DNA of 64,000 nt from a virus: positions 72,064-136,063 of IMG/VR virus record IMGVR_UViG_3300033802_000463; one strand, written 5' to 3'. The notes under the pieces are model-generated. The model did not search any database. It worked only from the letters and a program-made list of their open reading frames with translations, and was not told where the DNA came from. The translations under genes and the position numbers were made by a program. Positions 10,693 through 21,454 of this stretch are shown here, piece after piece. Position 1 is the stretch's first letter. Each line of letters starts with the position of its first letter.

Positions 10693-11604
10693 TTAATTCC
10701 TTTGAGCTATGACATAAAAGCTGCTGCTGTTAATGGTGGACAGATCCAGATCGTCATCAAACTCAACCACGATCTCAGTTAACGGATTATTCGTGATGTC
10801 ATACGAGATAGGAACGTTCACTTCCTGATCGGCCGGCGTCATTGAAACAACGTTGAGTGATTCCTCTTCTTCTTCTGAGCCGCCAAGTTCATCTTTGATC
10901 TGTTCCAACTCCTCATCGAGACCATCCGAACAACCCGGATCGGATCCATTTGGAGGCTCAGGATCTGGATGTTGATGCTGTGAGGATTTCTCCACATAGA
11001 ACTGGATCGGCTTGGAGTACGAACTTTTCTCTCCGCTGTGATTCACCGTGCGGATACGTGCATAATAGTTGCCAGGCTCATAAGAAATATCGGGAGTTAC
11101 TTGTGTCTCATAAACGCGTGATTCGCCCCGCGGCCATACCAACACATCAAATGTATTGCTCCGAGAAATCTCCAACTCATAGAAGTAAGCTTTTTCTGCC
11201 GCATTCCAGGCAAACGACACAGGACCGGTCAAGGAGGTTTGATGTGCAGGAGCGGTAAGTACCGGCGGCTTAATGTGATCAACGTCGGCAGTATAAAACT
11301 CAAAAAGATAGGATTGTTCAAGGAACCGGCCAGTAATATCCTTAATCCCGTTCTTACCCCCAACAAGCTCAATCTGATAGTGCGTATTTGGACTAAGCTT
11401 GTTTTCGGGCTTAATCAGGAGAACTTTATTCCGGTATTCAAGTGTAATCGATTCGCTTCTTTGCTCTTCGACATTAAGCAAGATCACATTTTGCGGCAAA
11501 ATGGTATCTGTAACAATGTCGATGACAAAGTAAATCTCTATCGTAACATCTTGCGGGACGGCCACCGCGAGATGATTGGGAAAAGTTCTTAATACGAACT
11601 TCAT
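10693..11604 (-). CDS. Ig-like (Big_5-type) plus FN3-like virion protein
   Basis: P...IEIYF...LLIKP...LSPNTHY.I...GIKDITG; FAWNA...YELEIS. Confidence 0.65.
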   Translation of the reverse strand: MKFVLRTFPNHLAVAVPQDVTIEIYFVIDIVTDTILPQNVILLNVEEQRSESITLEYRNKVLLIKPENKLSPNTHYQIELVGGKNGIKDITGRFLEQSYLFEFYTADVDHIKPPVLTAPAHQTSLTGPVSFAWNAAEKAYFYELEISRSNTFDVLVWPRGESRVYETQVTPDISYEPGNYYARIRTVNHSGEKSSYSKPIQFYVEKSSQHQHPDPEPPNGSDPGCSDGLDEELEQIKDELGGSEEEEESLNVVSMTPADQEVNVPISYDITNNPLTEIVVEFDDDLDLSTINSSSFYVIAQRN

Positions 11605-11912
11605 TGCTGCGGATCCATGGTTTTATAGTTTACGACGATCACCGCACGATCAGATGGCGCTTCAGCAAAGACAATGACCTTTCCATTGATCACATAGTCT
11701 TTATCTACGCCACGCATCATGAACATGCCGTCTTTGAAGATTTGTTCACTTTGCGGGATCGGCGTGTTACTCAAAACAAATTGCTTATTTTCGCCGTCTT
11801 TTACACCCATTGGCTCTTCCTGGCTGATCTGACGGGTGCCTGAAAACTCTGGCATAACGCCAATTTTCACACGATACTGCGGGAACCTATCATGCTGAAC
11901 GACTCTTGCCAT
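11601..11912 (-). CDS. Small virion protein, beta-sandwich repeat
   Basis: EEPMGVKDGENKQFVL...DY..NG..I.F..AP, also present inside 14242-16338. Confidence 0.5.
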   Translation of the reverse strand: MARVVQHDRFPQYRVKIGVMPEFSGTRQISQEEPMGVKDGENKQFVLSNTPIPQSEQIFKDGMFMMRGVDKDYVINGKVIVFAEAPSDRAVIVVNYKTMDPQQ

Positions 11913-11924
11913 ATCCTTCCCTCC

Positions 11925-12437
11925 CTATTTCCACTGTACGCAGAAATCGTAAACAACCGGCCGAACTGTTCCTTTATACAAGCAATCGACCTTGATCTGA
12001 AGAAATTTGGTCGGCGCCGGCAAATAAATGGGTTCGTCCAAATTGCACGGAATCCATGGGCCGGCCGACCCTGTTCGATAATTGAATTGGACCTTCGCAT
12101 CATTGGCCGGATCTTCTTCAATATTGCCGTACAGGTAAATTTCGCTTGTTGGAGCAGGCAGTTCCAAGAGGGTAGTGATCCAAGAGTCGGCATTAATCGA
12201 GTACGACAGTGGGTTTAGCACTGCCGTACTCGACGGATCGCGACGACTCGTATCGATGAAGGGTTCGGCGAAGTACATTTGATAAGGCGACACCATCAGC
12301 AACATGTCATAGCGCTCATACATGGTTTTGAGCTTGATCGCTTGTGAGATGTTGGATTGCATGGTATTCAGATGGAAGTCATGCAATACCTGGCCATCCA
12401 GAAAGCTGATCCGCTTCATGTAGTTGCCTGTTGCCAT
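11925..12437 (-). CDS. Hypothetical structural protein
   Basis: ORF with SD in the structural operon. Confidence 0.5.
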   Translation of the reverse strand: MATGNYMKRISFLDGQVLHDFHLNTMQSNISQAIKLKTMYERYDMLLMVSPYQMYFAEPFIDTSRRDPSSTAVLNPLSYSINADSWITTLLELPAPTSEIYLYGNIEEDPANDAKVQFNYRTGSAGPWIPCNLDEPIYLPAPTKFLQIKVDCLYKGTVRPVVYDFCVQWK

Positions 12438-12455
12438 TATCCTTCACCGCCTATC

Positions 12456-14222
12456 TTAGAATGTGACCGACCACGTAATCCGCATGCCTGTGTTTTTATC
12501 TTTGGTAACCGGACCAATACCGGAAATATTGAACATCTTGCCTGCTGTTTGCTCAGTGAACATGGCCACTTGATAAATGTCGTGGGTCTCTTTGTACCAC
12601 TTGTAGGAGATCGCCAGCGTATCACCTGTCGCTACAGCAATATTCAGGATGATTTGCGCTCCATCTGCAGACAGATTGTAGTCTGTGCCTTCAGTAAGCT
12701 CGGTCGTTCCTTTTTTGACCGAATCGATAACGAATTTCCCGCTTCCGTCTTTCGCTACCGGATGCTGCAGCGAATACGTGGTTTGCCCTGTGTTCATCGG
12801 AATTAATTCCTGATGGCTTGTGAGCATCGGGCCGGGAATCCCCTTCGGGAAGTCCGCGACAAATTGAACAGTTGTGCCGGAGTTAATCCGATATTGGAAC
12901 GTGAGCTGCCCAGGCTTATCGACAGGCGGCGCAGGATTTAGCGGGTCTTTCCCTTTGGGTTCTGTTGAGAACTGCACAATGCCTTTGCTCGGGTTGAGCA
13001 GCCATACATCCCCATTTCCAACCACAAGACCGCCATTAGTGATTTGATAGGCTGTTACCTTGCCATTCAAATCTTCGTGCGTCACGCTGATCAGTTCCAA
13101 AACCGGACCTTGCGACAAACTAAAGATGGTGTAGTTCACATTCTCTCGGACCTTGTAACGCACCTCAATGACGTTGCCTTCCGTCAGTTCCGTGTTAAAT
13201 TTGATAGTTGCCCTATTTGCATCTTGAATGGCTACATTCTCGGTAAGATCAACCGGATTTTCCGAATCGGTTACATCTGTCACGCTGACCAAATCGGTCA
13301 GCAGCCTGCCGGCCGCACCGGAGAGTACATATGTGTCTTCTGTCGTTGCAGTGATTGTGTCTGTTACTTCAACCTTGGCCATGACTTGCGTCGGAAATAC
13401 TTCCACTTCCGGCTCACCGGTGCCAATCGGAGCGGGATAACGAATCAGTTGACGGCAGCCTTCAAATTCGGCATCCATAAACGTCTTCATTTTGTCGAGA
13501 TTCGAAAATTCCACCGGTTTGTAATCCGGGTGACCTTCCGGCTTGCCGCCAAGCCCCATGAACCCGAGACCATAAGCAACTTTGTACACGTAGCTGACCG
13601 ATACACCCGATTTCGCAGATTCAAAATAAACTTTGCCGGCGCCGTAATCGATTGTGTACGTTTTGTTTGCATCCGATGGTTCGGTTCCGCGCATGTAAGC
13701 CACTCCGCCAACCGTGACCGTTTCTGTACCGGCCACAATCTCCACATAGGGATTGTATACGCGCCGGTACTCAACGGTAACTCGGCCTTTGGGCGCGACA
13801 GCAAAATACAGGATACCCGCATCTGCATCTTTCAGAAATACATCCTGATCGATGACTTGCTCCACATCGTCCACGAGAACTTTCTTGAGCTGAACGATAT
13901 TGGTTACATTCGTCAGCACCAAATCTTGATTCGTATTCGTGGAACCCAAATCGACGGTATAGCTGCCATCGATTTGCGGCTGCAGCGACAAGTTGAAGCA
14001 ATATTTCCCGTCCGGATCGGCCGTCAGATTGGATGAACCTTCATCCGTCTGATTGGCCCGAACCGTTTTCTTGGGATCCGCAAAAGCGGCACCCACAATT
14101 TCATTTGCCGAAAGCACGACAAGGTTTTTCTTTTCTTTGGTGAAGAACACTTCACCATTCTCGTCGTAGAGCTCAAGCTTTACGTGTCCCTTTGCGTTAA
14201 TGAAAGCATCGTCTCTCAACAT
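12456..14222 (-). CDS. Multi-beta-sandwich virion appendage protein
   Basis: Repeated Y.ID...G.V.F...V.Y modules; termini shared with the upstream paralog; ATG at 14222 after a G-rich SD. Confidence 0.55.
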   Translation of the reverse strand: MLRDDAFINAKGHVKLELYDENGEVFFTKEKKNLVVLSANEIVGAAFADPKKTVRANQTDEGSSNLTADPDGKYCFNLSLQPQIDGSYTVDLGSTNTNQDLVLTNVTNIVQLKKVLVDDVEQVIDQDVFLKDADAGILYFAVAPKGRVTVEYRRVYNPYVEIVAGTETVTVGGVAYMRGTEPSDANKTYTIDYGAGKVYFESAKSGVSVSYVYKVAYGLGFMGLGGKPEGHPDYKPVEFSNLDKMKTFMDAEFEGCRQLIRYPAPIGTGEPEVEVFPTQVMAKVEVTDTITATTEDTYVLSGAAGRLLTDLVSVTDVTDSENPVDLTENVAIQDANRATIKFNTELTEGNVIEVRYKVRENVNYTIFSLSQGPVLELISVTHEDLNGKVTAYQITNGGLVVGNGDVWLLNPSKGIVQFSTEPKGKDPLNPAPPVDKPGQLTFQYRINSGTTVQFVADFPKGIPGPMLTSHQELIPMNTGQTTYSLQHPVAKDGSGKFVIDSVKKGTTELTEGTDYNLSADGAQIILNIAVATGDTLAISYKWYKETHDIYQVAMFTEQTAGKMFNISGIGPVTKDKNTGMRITWSVTF

Positions 14223-14241
14223 GGATATGTCCCCTCCTGTA

Positions 14242-16338
14242 TTAGAATCCGCCAGTAAACGGTTGTCCATCTTTATTGAGCAGCGTGATTGTCCACGTTA
14301 CGCGGATGCCCGTAGATACTTCTTTGCGAGTTTCGCCGACGCGCACCAAGGAAAATGCATCAACCGGATAATTATTGAACCCTTCGATTTTGTCATCGGC
14401 ACGCGGCCCGTCAAACAAACCCATTTCACGGATCGTAACTTGATAATTCGGCACATTCTCCGGAAACTCCGCGATGAAGCTGACCGAACCTTTGTCCAGC
14501 TGATACCACGGATACGCCGTTCCGGCTTTCGGCTTCTCGATAACCGCACGGGCATAGCCAGTAGGCACACCAGGGACTTCATCCGATGTCATGAAGATCT
14601 CATAAGCCGCAATTTCATTACCTTCGCTGTTGCGATTGCTTACAATGATCTTTTTGTTGTTTGCATCGACCTTGAATGTACCCTTGCCAAACTGATTATC
14701 GTCGGTTACCAGAGTAAGCTCTTTTCCGGTCCCGTACTCCAACACCTGAACCGTATTTGGCACATGCTCCAAATCAATTTCTTTGGAAGGTGTTGTGTTT
14801 TGATAGTCAACCAGCAGTGATTCACCTGCTTTCGGCTTCTTATTCTCATTAAAGGTGATCTTGCCGTTTGCGTTGTCCACCACATAATCCGAAGGTGCCA
14901 CAATTACCGGTTCTTCACTGTCTGCAGGGATTTTTCGAACCACAACACTTCCTGCAACCAAATTTTGATTGGCCAGCGTAAAGACGCGGTTCACGCCATC
15001 GATAACACCTTGCGGCTCTTCTCCTTCCACAGAACGTGTTACCATTCCGGAAGTGAGCCCAGAAGCTTGCCGGGTCAGATAGAGTTCTCCGGTCACGTTG
15101 TAGGTGACGAGCAGATTGGACAACGAACGGTTGAAGTAGACCTTTCCATACTTTGGATCGACATAGTATTTCCCTTCAGCCAATTCTGACAGATCGTTGA
15201 CCGGTTCCAGCTTCACAGAGTTATATTCAACATTCAAGCTTTCCGGAACAATCGGGAAATGCTCCAGCTGAATATAGAACGGGGCCACCGTCGTAGTACT
15301 GTAAAAAGTCGGCGTATCAAACGTTCGGGTGAAAGACTCGAACTCATGAATGAGGGCGTTCATGTCCTTGCTCAGCGCATCAAAACGAAGAGAAGTGATC
15401 ACCACTTTCGGCTCAGCCACGGATTCGTCAGCGCCGCTAAATACGATGTTGATTTCTGTTTCTGCTTCATGGTTCAACGCATTGTATTCTTTGAACCCTT
15501 CCACCGGCTCATCCAGGGTTGAGTCCAGCGTTTCAATGGTATCTTTCAGCACGCCGTTGATATATACGCTGATCTGGCCACCTGTATTGGACTTCTGATA
15601 GCCAAGCACAAAGTTGCTGATTTTCTCCTTGAACGAAAGGCTTTCTCCCATCTCAGCAGCAACTTTATGGCCATCTTCATCCGACCAATTTGCGGAATAG
15701 GTCAGGCGAGTGTCGCTCAAATCAACAGCATAGTTTTTGCCGTCGCCGATACCGATAAACAAGTTGGTGTGCGTGCTGTAGATCTCCGAACCGATCGGAA
15801 TGCAGCCTGAAACATCATTCTTGGCGTGAATCGTAAAGGCCTTCTTGCCAACTTCGGATACATCCGGCGTTTCTTCTTTGAGGTATACCGTGTGCGGCCG
15901 GTAACTGTAAAACACGTCGAAATCCTTGTCATCGACAACGCGCCAGAAAATGTTCGGCGCAAAGTTCAGCTGATCAACGCCGTTTTCGACTCTGGAGATG
16001 GTATCGCTAAGGCCGATATGATATTTCGGTGAAACGCCGTTTTTCGGAATGCGAACTTTGTACAGGATCTGATCGGGATCTCCGGAAAATGCGCGCAGCA
16101 AAATTTCTTCTGCACCCTTCACGACCAGGTTTGCTTGATCGGCAAGTACGCCCGTCACATGGCCGTTCGAGTCAATGGTTTCAATTTTAATATGTCCCTT
16201 CGGCGCAAACTCAAATGTGTCATGAAGTCCCGTTTTTGCTTTACCGCCAACAACTTGATTGAATTTGGCCATGAGCTCCCTCTTTTTCTCACCTTCAGGA
16301 AGCATGCCGATCAACTTTTTGATGACATTGAGGTTCAT
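14242..16338 (-). CDS. Multi-beta-sandwich virion appendage protein (paralog)
   Basis: KGHIKIE...NLVV at the N-terminus and FIAEFP...GIRVTWTI at the C-terminus match 12456-14222. Confidence 0.55.
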   Translation of the reverse strand: MNLNVIKKLIGMLPEGEKKRELMAKFNQVVGGKAKTGLHDTFEFAPKGHIKIETIDSNGHVTGVLADQANLVVKGAEEILLRAFSGDPDQILYKVRIPKNGVSPKYHIGLSDTISRVENGVDQLNFAPNIFWRVVDDKDFDVFYSYRPHTVYLKEETPDVSEVGKKAFTIHAKNDVSGCIPIGSEIYSTHTNLFIGIGDGKNYAVDLSDTRLTYSANWSDEDGHKVAAEMGESLSFKEKISNFVLGYQKSNTGGQISVYINGVLKDTIETLDSTLDEPVEGFKEYNALNHEAETEINIVFSGADESVAEPKVVITSLRFDALSKDMNALIHEFESFTRTFDTPTFYSTTTVAPFYIQLEHFPIVPESLNVEYNSVKLEPVNDLSELAEGKYYVDPKYGKVYFNRSLSNLLVTYNVTGELYLTRQASGLTSGMVTRSVEGEEPQGVIDGVNRVFTLANQNLVAGSVVVRKIPADSEEPVIVAPSDYVVDNANGKITFNENKKPKAGESLLVDYQNTTPSKEIDLEHVPNTVQVLEYGTGKELTLVTDDNQFGKGTFKVDANNKKIIVSNRNSEGNEIAAYEIFMTSDEVPGVPTGYARAVIEKPKAGTAYPWYQLDKGSVSFIAEFPENVPNYQVTIREMGLFDGPRADDKIEGFNNYPVDAFSLVRVGETRKEVSTGIRVTWTITLLNKDGQPFTGGF

Positions 16339-18431
16339 CAGGAAGTACCTCCCTTTAGTGTATTGGTGCCAATTTTGAATTTACCAAGCGGCCATCCTGT
16401 ATCCGACATTTCACCAAGGGCGTACAAGACCCGCTCCTTGCCGTTCAACTCATACTTGTCTTTAATATCGGACAACATCAGAATGTCGCATGATTCCTGT
16501 TTATCTCGACCATAACTGTCCTTTGGATGGGGCAGATATGTCGGTGAAACATTTCGAGAAAACGTCATCTGCAAATATTCAGATGGTGAGGAAACCAGAT
16601 CGAAATGCTTTTCAATTCGCTCTTCCGGACCAATATCAAAATAGTCATAGAGGCTGGATATGAGATCAAGACGACCAGACACGCTATCGAAAGATTCAAA
16701 TGTCAATTCATCCAGCATCTGCTTTTGAGTCCAGGGGCGGATATACAGCAAATCATCCAATTTCATATTAAGATGATCCGACAATGATTGGGTAAGTGTC
16801 GGGGAAATATTCAGGATTTCACCATTTAACAACGAAAGCACTTCGTTCTTGCTCGGAGAAAAATCCGGCAGCAAGTCGGTTTCATCTTGCAAATCGAACG
16901 CGATATCTTCTTTTTGATCTGCAAAAATCGCGTTATAATGCGCAGCAAATTGCTCTCCCATGAGCGATATGCAATCAAAGTATTCAATCCAATGATTGTT
17001 GATATAAAGCGCAGTCCGATCTGTCACCAAACGGATCAGTTCATCGATGAGCTCGATTTCATAGGAGCGGCGAAGATGCACATCATTCAAGAGCAACGTC
17101 TTGACCATATCACGAACCAGCAGGGTTCTGAATATGCCATCTTCTGATTCCAAATCATACTCCACAACAGCATCATCAACTTGAACCTTGTCTCTGGTAT
17201 CATCAAGATCGATGGTAATTTCGGCCAGCCGCTGATCCACGATCAGGTGCGGCACATACAAATCCTTCATGATCATGCGAAGGAATTTGGAAATTTCCTC
17301 AGATGGATGAACCTCTAAGGTTTCGCTGACAAGCTTTTTGAATAAAAGCAGCGATTGCCGCAAAGAGCTGATCATCTGGTAATCCATCGATTCACGAGCC
17401 ACGGGTTCTGCTATTAATTGTACCGTACTGGTTGCGTTAAGGAAAAAGCGATCTTCAGGCATTAAGGTATAGGAGTGACGCAAGAGTTCTCCTTTTATAT
17501 CGAAATTGTAATGCCCTTCTAAATAAATCTGCTGATTTTCCTCATTATCTAAGAAGACTTCAATCTTGGTCGATTGAACAACCTTCTCTATGGCTTCTTC
17601 CAGATAATGCTGAACAAGAAGACCTGCCAAGTCACTGAGGCTCTGCGTAAACACATCCTGCCTTTGATACCTTTTGAGAATATTCGAGTCTTCGTTTATT
17701 GTTGTGCAAAGCATTTCCTTAAATGATTCATGGAGCTTCGAGCTTATATGTTGCATCATCCCTTCAATGCGTGCAACAAACTTCTCGTCTACTCCGGGTA
17801 TCGCTTGATTGCTTGTTGTTTTAATCTGCTCTTGTAAATAATGCTCAACTTGCTCAAGCGAATCCAGTCCCAATGCATACAGAGGCGACCCCTCTTGGAA
17901 CAAGATTGCATGAAAGGAATCCTGCACAAGCGTTGTCAAAAAAGTTTCCAGCTCGTCATCATATACCATTGCTGCCAAATCCAGAATATCATGCAGCAGC
18001 TGGAAGATTTCGAGGCGATTTTCTCGATCGCGAAGCTCGGAATACACCCAATCCGTATACCAGCCTTGTTTCGTGACGCCGCGAACCCGGTACTGATTAT
18101 GATCTTGAATCAGATCCGCATAATCCTGATGATGCATGGTGAGCCAGTATGATTCGGACACGCCATCAATGGACTCACTTAACACTGCTTTAATTCGGAA
18201 TCGTTTCCCATCAACATTCTCAATCGGAATGCCTGTTTCAACAGCCCTCCGGATAACCGTACTCAATGTTTTTAGATTTTTACCCTTAGCCCGGATCCGA
18301 TAGGTGCCAACCGTTCCAGGAAAGACAACTTGCCGATAGAGACGATCATCGGATTGATCCTTGAAATCAACAGGGAAAGGCACGGCTCTTGCTGTCGCGC
18401 TTGCCGCTATGGACAGTTTTGACTCAAGCAT
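16338..18431 (-). CDS. Hypothetical acidic structural protein
   Basis: 697-aa ORF translationally coupled within the structural operon. Confidence 0.5.
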   Translation of the reverse strand: MLESKLSIAASATARAVPFPVDFKDQSDDRLYRQVVFPGTVGTYRIRAKGKNLKTLSTVIRRAVETGIPIENVDGKRFRIKAVLSESIDGVSESYWLTMHHQDYADLIQDHNQYRVRGVTKQGWYTDWVYSELRDRENRLEIFQLLHDILDLAAMVYDDELETFLTTLVQDSFHAILFQEGSPLYALGLDSLEQVEHYLQEQIKTTSNQAIPGVDEKFVARIEGMMQHISSKLHESFKEMLCTTINEDSNILKRYQRQDVFTQSLSDLAGLLVQHYLEEAIEKVVQSTKIEVFLDNEENQQIYLEGHYNFDIKGELLRHSYTLMPEDRFFLNATSTVQLIAEPVARESMDYQMISSLRQSLLLFKKLVSETLEVHPSEEISKFLRMIMKDLYVPHLIVDQRLAEITIDLDDTRDKVQVDDAVVEYDLESEDGIFRTLLVRDMVKTLLLNDVHLRRSYEIELIDELIRLVTDRTALYINNHWIEYFDCISLMGEQFAAHYNAIFADQKEDIAFDLQDETDLLPDFSPSKNEVLSLLNGEILNISPTLTQSLSDHLNMKLDDLLYIRPWTQKQMLDELTFESFDSVSGRLDLISSLYDYFDIGPEERIEKHFDLVSSPSEYLQMTFSRNVSPTYLPHPKDSYGRDKQESCDILMLSDIKDKYELNGKERVLYALGEMSDTGWPLGKFKIGTNTLKGGTS

Positions 18432-18454
18432 AGCGATCCCTGCCTTTCACCGGA

Positions 18455-19000
18455 TTATTGTTTGCGCCCACGTCTGCTGCTCTTTTTCACTTCTTCTTGG
18501 GAATCTTCTTCATTTTCTTCTTGTTCTGCAAAGTCATTTGCTTCTTGTTCTGCAAAGTCATTTGCTTCTTGTTCTGGGTTTTCTTCAGCGCCTACATCTG
18601 ACGACTGATTTTCCAGGTCCAAAGCAAGTTCAGCGTCACCAACAGATTGCGGCGTAATCGCATCAGCAGGATTTGTTTTCACTTGACCGAAACCTTGCGA
18701 GCTCACGTCTGACACCGGTGGCCTTTCGATTCCTGCAATATGGTCAGCTCTTGCCTTAGCCTGCCGGCCAGCAAGGTCAAATTTCGCCTTATATGCATCA
18801 ACAGCCGCTTGCGGCAATTCACCTTCATAAAGTTTGAGCGCCGGAGCAGATCCCAAAATAGCATGCGCAATCCCCGAGAGATCGGTGCTTCCATCAAAAC
18901 GGATCACTTGAACCGGATTGCTTGGCGTAATGTAGGTGTTTGTTTTTGGATCATAATAGCTTCCAGATGGCGAAGACAATCCAACTTTGATTTCAGGCAT
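18455..19000 (-). CDS. Hypothetical protein downstream of capsid, acidic tail
   Basis: GGAGG SD; EQEANDFA repeat. Confidence 0.55.
   Translation of the reverse strand: MPEIKVGLSSPSGSYYDPKTNTYITPSNPVQVIRFDGSTDLSGIAHAILGSAPALKLYEGELPQAAVDAYKAKFDLAGRQAKARADHIAGIERPPVSDVSSQGFGQVKTNPADAITPQSVGDAELALDLENQSSDVGAEENPEQEANDFAEQEANDFAEQEENEEDSQEEVKKSSRRGRKQ
18517..18576. repeat. 24-bp tandem repeat (2.5 copies), coding
   Basis: CTTCTTGTTCTGCAAAGTCATTTG x2 plus a partial copy. Confidence 0.9.
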
Positions 19001-19086
19001 GGTAGTATCCTCCTTTAATCATGATCAACATTAGAAAAGGCAGGCGAACAGACATCTATTCGCCCGCCTTGAGATCAAGAGCAGTA

Positions 19087-20172
19087 TTAAGATACGATCT
19101 TCATGCGATCCGGTTGCGGATAAGACTTCGCAAACGCCAGGTTGCGGGCTGTTGCAACAGCTTTTCCTTCATTCAGGATGCCGATGCCGTAGCGCTCTTT
19201 TACTTTGATCGTTTGGATGTCGCGCGTCGGATCGTCAAACTGCTCGGTCGAAAGCGGATCTTTCACAAGCAGAATGCCGATATTGTTGCGGTCAACAACG
19301 TACATGTCGAATTTCTTGGTTTCAAAGTTGAACGGCGCAAACGGCGTGAAATTGATATTGATCGCAAATGGGATGCGTCCTTGAACCTGCTCCGGATTGA
19401 TTTGCAGATTCGTAATTTGGCTGCCGCCAAGAGCTGCATAGCTCAGCGAGCTGATCAAATCGTTCTTGAAGAACACGCTCCAGGTCAGCGGATGCATGAT
19501 GATGTCGCTTGGCGTGAAGCCATTGGCCATAACTGCAATGAACAGGTCGATCAAATCTTCCGTGCTCATCGTGTTATTGAAGTTGCCGTCGATATCGCAG
19601 CCGGTCGTACCTGCTTCCGGATATTTCTGACGGATATCGTTGTCAAATACGATATGTCCGTGCTTGGAGAACTGGATAAAGATCTTCTCCTCTTTCAAGC
19701 GCGCCATCGCTTCCCCGGCTTTGCGAACCAAGATCCCGATTACGTCCCATTGCGAATCGTTGATCATTTCATCCGTAACCCGGACGACCATACCGGACTT
19801 GCCAACCTTCACCTCTTGCGTCCGATGCAGTTGGAAGTCCACCGTTTCTTCAAGGTACGATTGGCTTTCACCAATATCATGCGCCCGCATCGCGCCGATG
19901 GATGGGAACTCAATGGAGCGGCCTTCCGTGAGCCGTACCGTTTGCAGAAGCTGCGTGCCGATATACATCGGTTCTGCCGCCTCGCGCATCATTCCGGTAA
20001 TAACACGCGGGATCAAGATGGAAGCGTCCTGGGTTGTCAGAGCTTCTTTTACGGTCACCAGTTCATTTTTTGGAATTTGTGTCCAGTCTTCAGAAAGATT
20101 CAACTGGCGCTGCATGCGCTTAAGGACATTCATGGATTGTTCGCTAAGTTTCAGATCATTTACATTAATCAT
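19087..20172 (-). CDS. Major capsid protein (HK97 fold)
   Basis: 361 aa; LIPRVI...VKVGKSG...TDEMINDSQWDVI...IIMHP...KERYG; follows the protease gene block. Confidence 0.85.
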   Translation of the reverse strand: MINVNDLKLSEQSMNVLKRMQRQLNLSEDWTQIPKNELVTVKEALTTQDASILIPRVITGMMREAAEPMYIGTQLLQTVRLTEGRSIEFPSIGAMRAHDIGESQSYLEETVDFQLHRTQEVKVGKSGMVVRVTDEMINDSQWDVIGILVRKAGEAMARLKEEKIFIQFSKHGHIVFDNDIRQKYPEAGTTGCDIDGNFNNTMSTEDLIDLFIAVMANGFTPSDIIMHPLTWSVFFKNDLISSLSYAALGGSQITNLQINPEQVQGRIPFAININFTPFAPFNFETKKFDMYVVDRNNIGILLVKDPLSTEQFDDPTRDIQTIKVKERYGIGILNEGKAVATARNLAFAKSYPQPDRMKIVS

Positions 20173-20194
20173 GGCTCCTCAGACCTCCCTTTCT

Positions 20195-21427
20195 TTATTT
20201 TTGAAGCAGGATGCGAACGGCACCTACGGAGCCTTTCCAATCCCAGTTGGTTGGTACGCCTGGAATTTGTCCCGTCGCTTTGAACGTAGCCTTGATGTCA
20301 ACCGGAGCCGAACCAGACGAGTTGTCATAGTTCACAACAACAAGACCCGTTTCATAGTCCACATAGGCCGGCTGGATCGGAGTTCCGTTTGCGGTCAGCG
20401 TCAAGGAACCTTCAACAATCGGCACTTGCCAGATGCGGAAATCATGGCGACCAGATTGACCTGGCTGAACGGTGCCGATGACAATATCGGTGAACGGTAC
20501 TTCGATATTGGCGCCGTTGGTCAAACCAGGAATAGCGCGAGGGAAGTATTTCGCACCTTCCATATTTCGGTACGTTTTTTCATATGGATAGCCCGGGAAT
20601 CCATCTTGCGCGCCGATGTCCTGCGGGCGGAAGCCGCTGTTGTTGATCCATCTGTCATCTTGCCGCATGTCTTCCATGGACCAAGTAACCCATTTCAACC
20701 AGCCTTGCGGAGGCAGATTCGTTTCAACGGACCATACTTGGCCGATGACTTGTTCCTGCAAACGGCCGAGCTCTTTGACCAGCTTGTTGTATTCAACCAG
20801 GTCGCCGGCTGCTGCGGCAGCGTCAAGCTGTGCATAGATTTTCTCAAACGGTGCTTTGATAAAGCGGCCGTTTTCGTCGGACATTACAAAGTCGCCGTTT
20901 TTCACAGGGTCGCTCAAATCGTAGTCGTAGAAGCTGCCCCATTCGATTTCTTCTGCGTCTTCTTTTTTCGGAATGTACGGCAGCTCGATGTAAATTTCAT
21001 TCTCGATGGTCGGCTGCATGCCGTTGAAGCCATCGACAAATTCCTCATACAAGTTGCCGTAAGCCACCCCAATAGCCCTGTTCGCCTTGCGAACGTGCTG
21101 CGTGCCGTCTTTTCCGATTTCGGTTACATCCTTGCCGCCATTGGCCAGGGTAAGAACCGGACGCTTTACATTGCCGTCAAAATCATGCATCACACCGTCT
21201 TGGTTTTCACCGAAATTATCGGTCGCCGGCGCCACGATGCGTCCCTTTGGAATGACTACCCAGCCATCGCCGCCGAAGTGGTAACGGAACAAACGTTTCA
21301 GCCGCGGGTCAACCAGGAATTTTTCACCTGGGGAATCGTGCGTACCAGCTTGAAGCTTGGTATTTGTGCGCATATATTGGTCTGGGGTCGATTTAATTGG
21401 ACCGGCAATACCACGAAATAGTGCCAT
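20195..21427 (-). CDS. Capsid decoration/cement-like protein
   Basis: Between scaffold and capsid genes; VIPKGRIVA motif. Confidence 0.5.
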   Translation of the reverse strand: MALFRGIAGPIKSTPDQYMRTNTKLQAGTHDSPGEKFLVDPRLKRLFRYHFGGDGWVVIPKGRIVAPATDNFGENQDGVMHDFDGNVKRPVLTLANGGKDVTEIGKDGTQHVRKANRAIGVAYGNLYEEFVDGFNGMQPTIENEIYIELPYIPKKEDAEEIEWGSFYDYDLSDPVKNGDFVMSDENGRFIKAPFEKIYAQLDAAAAAGDLVEYNKLVKELGRLQEQVIGQVWSVETNLPPQGWLKWVTWSMEDMRQDDRWINNSGFRPQDIGAQDGFPGYPYEKTYRNMEGAKYFPRAIPGLTNGANIEVPFTDIVIGTVQPGQSGRHDFRIWQVPIVEGSLTLTANGTPIQPAYVDYETGLVVVNYDNSSGSAPVDIKATFKATGQIPGVPTNWDWKGSVGAVRILLQK

Positions 21428-21454
21428 TTGAACTCACTCCTCATTCAAAATGTG

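Noticed and set aside
19021-21421. Long plus-strand ORFs (420 and 593 aa) opposite the capsid genes, and similar antisense ORFs (5119-6435, 38980-41250, 53928-54959)
   Set aside because: Antisense shadows of codon-biased genes with no recognisable motifs.
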